From: an uncultured Solirubrobacterales bacterium
Lineage (GTDB): Bacteria; Actinomycetota; Thermoleophilia; Solirubrobacterales; Solirubrobacteraceae
Reading direction: 5' to 3'
Length of the DNA: 64,000 nt
NCBI GenBank assembly: GCA_963848745.1
Contig: CAWKEO010000010.1
Coordinates: forward strand, 2,020 to 66,019
Shown here in pieces: positions 58,692-64,000 of this stretch. A program made the translations under genes and the position numbers. Within the stretch, counting starts at the first letter, position 1. Every line of letters starts with the position of its first letter. Under the pieces are notes generated by a model. That model searched no databases and was not told the DNA's origin. It was given only the letters and a program-made list of their open reading frames with translations.

Positions 58692-59644
58692 GCGCCTCGC
58701 TCGCCATCGAGGCGGCCGGCCTGCGCCGCACCTACGGCACGGTCACCGCGCTCGACGGACTCGATCTCGCCGTTCCGGCCGGCGTTGTGTTCGGTCTGCT
58801 CGGCCCCAACGGGGCGGGCAAGACGACGCTCGTGCGGATCCTGGCCACGCTGCTGGAACCGAGCGGCGGCACGGCGGCGGTGTTCGGCCACGACGTCGCC
58901 CGCGCACCGTTGGCCGTGCGCCGCCGGATCGGCCTGGCCGGCCAGTACGCGGCCGTCGACCACGAGCTCACCGGCCGCGAGAACCTGGAGATGATCGGTC
59001 AGCTGAACCGCCTCGCCCGGGCTGAGGCCCGGACCCGCGCCGGGGAGCTGCTCGATCGCTTCGACCTCATGGAGGCGGCCGGGCGGCGCGTCGGCACCTA
59101 CTCGGGCGGGATGCGCCGCCGGCTCGATCTGGCCGCCGGGCTGATCGGCCGCCCGCCGCTGCTCCTGCTCGACGAGCCGACGACGGGCCTTGACCCGCGC
59201 TCGCGACAGGAGCTGTGGGCCGTGCTCGACGAGCTGAGGCTCACCGGCACGACCGTGCTCCTGACCACGCAGTACCTGGAGGAGGCCGACCGGCTCGCCC
59301 AGCGGATCGCCGTCGTCGACCGGGGCCGCGTGGTGGCCGAGGGCACGGCGGCGGAGCTCAAGGCGCGGGTGGCGGCGAGCGTGCTGTCGGTGCGCCTGGC
59401 CGACCCCGGTGATGTGGCGGCGGCCTCGACGGCGCTCGACGGGCTGGGGGAGGCCCCGCGGGTCGACGGCGCGAACGGCGAGCTGCGGCTCGCCGTGGCC
59501 GAACCGGGCGCCTCGGCCGAGGCGCTGCGGCGTCTCGATGCCCGGCAGCTGCGGGTGGCGGCGCTCGAGCTCCACCCACCCAGCCTGGATGACGTGTTCA
59601 TGGCCCTGACCGGCCACGGCGTGAACGAGAAGGAGGCGGCATGA
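58688..59644 (+). CDS. ABC transporter ATP-binding protein (DrrA-like)
   Basis: GPNGAGKTT, YSGGMRRRLD, LDEPTTGLDP, LTTQYLEEA and PSLDDVF. Confidence 0.94.
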   Translation: MSASLAIEAAGLRRTYGTVTALDGLDLAVPAGVVFGLLGPNGAGKTTLVRILATLLEPSGGTAAVFGHDVARAPLAVRRRIGLAGQYAAVDHELTGRENLEMIGQLNRLARAEARTRAGELLDRFDLMEAAGRRVGTYSGGMRRRLDLAAGLIGRPPLLLLDEPTTGLDPRSRQELWAVLDELRLTGTTVLLTTQYLEEADRLAQRIAVVDRGRVVAEGTAAELKARVAASVLSVRLADPGDVAAASTALDGLGEAPRVDGANGELRLAVAEPGASAEALRRLDARQLRVAALELHPPSLDDVFMALTGHGVNEKEAA

Positions 59645-60447
59645 CCGCGACCACCCTGACCGCGGGCGGCGAGCCCGCCCGTCTGTCCCTGCCCGAGGCG
59701 CTGGCGGACAGCCGCGTGATGGCGGCCCGCCAGATCCGCAAGGTGCTGCGCCGGCCGATGTACGTCGTCTACCTGTTCGTGCAGCCGATCATCCTGATGC
59801 TGCTGTTCCGCTTCGTGTTCGGCGGAGCGATCCGGACCCGTGGGTCGTCCTACGTCAACTACCTGACGCCGGGGATCGTCGTCATGACGGCGGTGTTCGG
59901 GGCGCTGACCACCGGCCTCGGGCTGACCGAGGACCTCAAGGCCGGCGCGGTCGATCGCTTCCGCTCGCTGCCCATCGCCCGGGCCGCGGTCCTGGTCGGG
60001 CGCACGGCCGCCGACCTCCTGACGAACGTGCTCACGCTGATCGTGATGCTCCTCGTCGGTGTCGCGGTCGGATTCCGCCCCGGCGGCTCGCCGGGCGGGG
60101 TCCTGCTCGCGCTGGCGATCGTGCTCGCGTTCGCCTACGTGTTCTCCTGGATCAGCGCGTTCGTCGGCGTGTCCGTGCGCGACCCCGAGGCCGCCCAGTC
60201 GGTCGGCTTCATCTGGGTGTTCCCGCTCACGTTCGCTTCCTCGGCGTTTGTGCCCACGGCCTCCATGCCCGCCGCGGTCCGCTGGTTCGCGGGCGTGAAC
60301 CCGGTGTCGCTGACCGTGAACGCCGCCCGCGACCTGATGCTCGGGCACGGCAATGCCCTGCACCCGGCGCTCGGGGCGCTGGCCTGGCTGGCCGGGTTGC
60401 TGCTCGTGTTCGTGCCGCTGTCGTTGCGGGGGTTCCGGCGGGCGTGA
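59641..60447 (+). CDS. ABC-2 transporter permease (DrrB-like)
   Basis: QPI, YVNYLTPG, DRFRSLPI, FASSAFVP..SMP and NPVS. Confidence 0.93.
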   Translation: MTATTLTAGGEPARLSLPEALADSRVMAARQIRKVLRRPMYVVYLFVQPIILMLLFRFVFGGAIRTRGSSYVNYLTPGIVVMTAVFGALTTGLGLTEDLKAGAVDRFRSLPIARAAVLVGRTAADLLTNVLTLIVMLLVGVAVGFRPGGSPGGVLLALAIVLAFAYVFSWISAFVGVSVRDPEAAQSVGFIWVFPLTFASSAFVPTASMPAAVRWFAGVNPVSLTVNAARDLMLGHGNALHPALGALAWLAGLLLVFVPLSLRGFRRA

Positions 60448-60511
60448 GGGAGGTTGGCGAGCCGGCTTGCGGGCGGGCGCGAGCCGGAGCGCGGAGCGGC
60501 GGCGAGCGGGG

Positions 60512-60560
60512 CGAGCGGGGCGAAAAACCCGCACCACACGCGGGTTTTTCGCCCCGCTCG
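60512..60560. repeat. 21-bp perfect inverted repeat between convergent genes (bidirectional terminator or REP-like element)
   Basis: CGAGCGGGGCGAAAAACCCGC-ACCACAC-GCGGGTTTTTCGCCCCGCTCG. Confidence 0.7.
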
Positions 60561-60583
60561 TGCTGTTCGCGGCTTCCGCCCGC

Positions 60584-60961
60584 TCAGACCGGGAACGCGA
60601 GCCGGTCGGGCTCGACGAACTCCCGGCGAGCGTCAGGGCCGGCCAGCCGCTCAGGGCTGTAGTGGTGGCGAAGCAGGTCGCGCTCGAGCAGTCGGGGGTG
60701 GGCGGCGATGAAGTCGTCGAAGGTGGCTCCGGCGTCGTGCGCCCGGAACGCGGCCACGGCGCGCACCCAGCCGGCGGTCAGCGTGGCGTGGTAGCGCTCC
60801 GGCATCCCGTGGGCCTGCGCGAGGTGGCGGATCGCGCTCGCCATCGCCGCCTCCGCCGCGGCGAGGGGCAGGCGCTCGAGGTAGCGCCAGGCGAGCTCGA
60901 GGTGCTCCACGTGGCCGAACCCCTGGCCTCGGGCAAGGATGGCCTGGAGGTGCTCATCCAT
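60584..60961 (-). CDS. Conserved hypothetical helical protein
   Basis: FGHVEHLELAW, YHATLT..W, HYS..RL and FVEPD. Protein-like composition. Confidence 0.75.
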   Translation of the reverse strand: MDEHLQAILARGQGFGHVEHLELAWRYLERLPLAAAEAAMASAIRHLAQAHGMPERYHATLTAGWVRAVAAFRAHDAGATFDDFIAAHPRLLERDLLRHHYSPERLAGPDARREFVEPDRLAFPV

Positions 60962-61082
60962 CGGAGGCGTCACTCTACGCCAGCCGCGTCACGCCTGCCT
61001 GCTAGATCGCCCACATATAGCGTGGGTGATGTAGCAACGGATTGAGCGGCGGCGACTGGTCACCGCCGATACGCTCGCGCCC

Positions 61083-61475
61083 ATGCGCCCCACGCCCGCC
61101 TCGCTCCGACGCCGCGCGGGCGCCCGGCTCATCGATCTCCTTGTCCTGCTGCTCGGTTTCGCAGCTGTCATCGCCGGGGCCATCGGATTCCTGACCCGGG
61201 GGGCCACGGGCGCCGGCGAGGAGGCCTCGCGGCCCCGGATGCCGGACCTGAGCGCCGGGCAGCAGCTCGCCATACGGCTGGCCGGCGCCGCGGTGGTGGT
61301 GCGCATGCGCAACCGGCGCAGTCTGGGGATGCGGCTCATGGGCCTGCGGCGCGTCGATGGATGGGAGACCGGTTCTCCAAGCGAGCGCGGATCACCGCCC
61401 GGCTTCTCTTCAGCCTGCCTCCCGACGCACTGCCGCCGCGCCGCACCCTGCTCGAGCGGGCGTGCGGGGTCATGA
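61083..61475 (+). pseudogene. RDD family protein, probably truncated or frameshifted
   Basis: ASLRRRAGARLID and SLGMRLMGLRRV motifs. The C-terminal part loses similarity. Confidence 0.5.
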
Positions 61476-61491
61476 CCGTGGAGGCGTCCTG

Positions 61492-61968
61492 ATGTCCCGC
61501 CGCGCCCAGATCACCATGACCGGCGAGGAGCTCAGGGCGTTCCTGGCCGAGCAGCGTGTCCTCACCTGCGCGACCGTCGGACCCTCCGGCCGCCCGCACC
61601 TGATGCCGCTCTGGTACGTCACCCACGACGACGCGGTCCTCTGCTGGACGTATGCCAGCTCGCAGAAGGCGCGCAACCTCGAGCGCCGCCCCGAAGCCAC
61701 GCTGCAGGTCGAAGCCGGCGACTCCTACGAGCAGCTCCGCGGCGTGATGCTGGAGTGCGACGCCGAGCTCATCCGCCACCCCGACGACATCGAGGAGATC
61801 GGACTCGCCATCGCCCTGCGCTACGCCCCCGGTGAGCTGACGGCCGACACCGCGCCCCCCGAGCTGCGCGCGTTCATCGCCAAGCAGGCGACCAAGCGCG
61901 TGGCCATGCGCTTCACGCCCACGCGCACGGTGAGCTGGGACCACCGCAAGCTCGGCGGGGGCTACTGA
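61492..61968 (+). CDS. Pyridoxamine 5'-phosphate oxidase-like split-barrel protein (probable F420-dependent FDOR)
   Basis: ATVGPSGRPHLMPLWY, SQKARNLERRP, YEQLRGV and VSWDHRKLGG. Confidence 0.88.
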   Translation: MSRRAQITMTGEELRAFLAEQRVLTCATVGPSGRPHLMPLWYVTHDDAVLCWTYASSQKARNLERRPEATLQVEAGDSYEQLRGVMLECDAELIRHPDDIEEIGLAIALRYAPGELTADTAPPELRAFIAKQATKRVAMRFTPTRTVSWDHRKLGGGY

Positions 61969-62970
61969 AGCCGCACGAGCATCTTGCCCGTGTTCTCGCC
62001 GCGGAACAGGCCGATGAACGCCTCGGGCGCGCGCTCGAGCCCCTCGTAGACGGTCTCGCGGTAGCTCACCTTGCCGTCGCGGAGCAGCCCCCCGACCTCG
62101 GCCAGGAACGCGTCCCGCCGGTCGAAGTGGTCCATGATGATGAAGCCACGCAGGGTCAGCCGCTTGCTCACGACCAGGCCGCCCAGGTTCCGTGGCCCGG
62201 GGGCCGAGCCCGCGTTGTAGGTGGCGATCGCGCCGCACATGGCCACCCGGCCGTGCATGCGCAGGGCGCCGATCGCCGCCTCGAGGTGGTCGCCGCCGAC
62301 GTTGTCGAAGTACAGGTCGATGCCCTCCGGGGCGGCCGCGGCCAGCGACCTCGCCACCGGCCCGTCGCGGTAGCTGAACGCGACGTCGAAGCCGAGCTCG
62401 TCGCGCAGCCAGGCCACCTTCTCGGCCGATCCCGCCGAGCCGATGACCCGGTGCCCGCGCGCCTTGGCGATCTGACCGGCCAGGCTCCCGACCGCGCCCG
62501 CGGCCGCCGGAGACGAACACGACATCCCCCTCGCGCAGCTGGCCGATGTCGAGCAGGCCGACGTAAGCGGTCAGACCGGGCATGCCGAGCACCCCGAGGT
62601 ACGCCTGCACCGGCGCGAGGTCCGGGTCGACGGGCACGGCGTATGCAGCCGGCATCACCGCGTGCTCCCGCCAGCCCAGGTTGTGCAGCACGAGCGTGCC
62701 CGGCTCCAGTCCGGGCGCCCGGCTCTGCAACACCTCGCCGATCGCACCGCCCTCCAGCGGCGCGCCGACCTGGAAGGGCGGCACGTAGGAGGGCCGATCC
62801 CACATCCGCCCGCGCATGTACGGATCGACCGACATCCACAGGTTGCGCACGAGCACCTCTCCCTCGCCCGGCTCGGGCAGGGTGGTCTCGGCGAGCTCGA
62901 AGTGCTCGGCGGCCGGCTCGCCCTCGGGGCGGGCAGCCAGGCGGATCTCACGGCTGGAGGTGGCGCTCAT
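61962..62970 (-). CDS. NADP-dependent MDR oxidoreductase (prostaglandin reductase/CurA-like), with a frameshift at ~62508
   Basis: LAARPEGEP, SVDPYMRGRM, LGMPGLTAY and VFVS, then in another frame AAGAVGS, YFDNVGG and GENTGKM. Confidence 0.92.
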
Positions 62971-63031
62971 GGGCGCCACCCTACCGGCGCGCATCGCAGC
63001 CGAGCGGTGCGGGTGCGTATCGTGAGAGGCC

Positions 63032-64000
63032 GTGGACGAGGCGCTGGGCATCTCAGATCGCGCGCGCGAGCTGCTCGAGGCCGCTCCCGAGGAGCTGCTG
63101 GCGCAGGCACGCCGCCTGCGCGGTGAGCGGCTCATCACCTATTCGCCCAAGCTGTTCATCCCGCTGACCAAGCTCTGCCGGGACGTCTGCCACTACTGCA
63201 CCTTCGCCCACCCGCCCCGGCGCGGCGAACGAGCGTTCATGACCCTCGACGAGGTGCTCGAGCTCGCCCGCGCGGGCGCCGCCGCCGGTTGCCGGGAGGC
63301 CCTGTTCACGCTCGGCGACAAGCCCGAGCTCCGCTACCGGGCCGCCCGTGAGGAGCTGGCCGGGCTCGGATGCGCGAGCACGATCGAGTATCTGGCCCAG
63401 GCCGCCGCGGCGGTGCTCGAGCAGACCGGGCTGCTGCCTCATCTGAACCCGGGCGTGCTCACCCAGGCCGACCTGGCCGCGCTCCGGCCGGTCTCGGCCT
63501 CGATGGGGATGATGCTCGAGACGACCGCCGAGCGGCTCTCGAGGAAGGGCGGGCCCCACTTCGGCTCGCCGGACAAGCAGCCGGCGCTCCGGCTGGAGGC
63601 GCTCGAGCGCGCCGGCGCCGCGCGCGTGCCGTTCACCACCGGCATCCTCATCGGGATCGGCGAGACCCGGGCCGAGCGGCTGCAGGCGCTCGAGGCGATC
63701 GCGGCCGCGCACGCCCGCCATGGCCACATCCAGGAGGTCATCGTCCAGAACTTCCGGGCCAAGCCCGACACGAAGATGGCGCACGCGCCGGAGCCGAGCG
63801 TCGACGAGCACCTGTGGACGATCGCCGCGGCGCGCATCCTGCTCGGCCCGGACGCCCACATCCAGGCCCCGCCGAACCTGACCGGGGAGTTCGCCCGCCT
63901 GCTCGACGCCGGGATCGACGACTGGGGCGGCGTCTCGCCGGTGACCATCGACCACGTCAACCCCGAGGCCCCGTGGCCCGAGCTCGACCGGCTCCGGGCG
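63032..64000 (+). CDS. fbiC: FO synthase (CofG domain of FbiC/CofGH), radical SAM, 3'-truncated by the window edge
   Basis: ITYSPKLFIPLTKLCRDVCHYCTF (CxxxCxxC), EALFTLGDKPE, PHLNPG, PFTTGILIGIGE, QEVIVQNF, QAPPNL and DDWGGVSPVTIDHVNPE. Absent from the ORF track because no stop falls in the window. Confidence 0.93.
   Translation, partial: MDEALGISDRARELLEAAPEELLAQARRLRGERLITYSPKLFIPLTKLCRDVCHYCTFAHPPRRGERAFMTLDEVLELARAGAAAGCREALFTLGDKPELRYRAAREELAGLGCASTIEYLAQAAAAVLEQTGLLPHLNPGVLTQADLAALRPVSASMGMMLETTAERLSRKGGPHFGSPDKQPALRLEALERAGAARVPFTTGILIGIGETRAERLQALEAIAAAHARHGHIQEVIVQNFRAKPDTKMAHAPEPSVDEHLWTIAAARILLGPDAHIQAPPNLTGEFARLLDAGIDDWGGVSPVTIDHVNPEAPWPELDRLRA

Noticed and set aside
1..64000. Hundreds of long overlapping or antisense ORFs (e.g. 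21389-23350+, 30254-32626+, 34520-36790+, 40631-43447-, 44357-46648-)
   Set aside because: Shadow frames of high-GC genes. They are Arg/Pro/Gly/His-rich, lack motifs and lie over well-supported genes.
1..64000. CRISPR array, tRNA/rRNA, transposase, integrase or prophage
   Set aside because: Intergenic gaps are all under ~350 bp with no repeat-spacer periodicity or cloverleaf, and no mobile-element or phage motifs appear in the translations.
61492..64000. F420 biosynthesis and utilisation cluster as a novel system
   Set aside because: fbiC near an FDOR-like gene is ordinary in actinobacteria, and the locus is cut by the window edge.

Overview
High-GC (roughly 70%+) bacterial chromosomal DNA. 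Gene content and promoter style point to an actinobacterium, most plausibly Thermoleophilia/Solirubrobacterales (inference). The window holds about 65 protein-coding genes, one c-di-AMP riboswitch (upstream of an Rpf-like transglycosylase) and many operator-like palindromes. I found no rRNA, tRNA, CRISPR array, transposase or integrase. At least 11 otherwise intact genes are split by single-base indels, which suggests long-read consensus error, with one heavily disrupted patch at 28.5-30.1 kb. The main candidate system is an ~11 kb sulfur island (15.0-25.9 kb): Rrf2 regulator, sulfate ABC importer, 1-Cys peroxiredoxin, cysteine dioxygenase plus amidohydrolase, a cytoplasmic SELENBP1-type methanethiol oxidase coupled to DUF4395, and a divergent CstB-like persulfide dioxygenase-rhodanese plus sulfite oxidase. 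Together these outline a methanethiol/thiol-to-sulfate route with no SQR in view. Other notable items: two secreted M23-fold paralogues whose His ligands are replaced by Asp/Glu; an orphan structured-RNA candidate at 26.88-27.02 kb; two back-to-back mini-genes that look like in-frame internal deletions; a ClpE-like Zn-finger ATPase; and a degenerate mini-HNH divergent from a stand-alone Prim-PolC/LigD-type polymerase. All family assignments come from motif recognition by eye, not from database searches.
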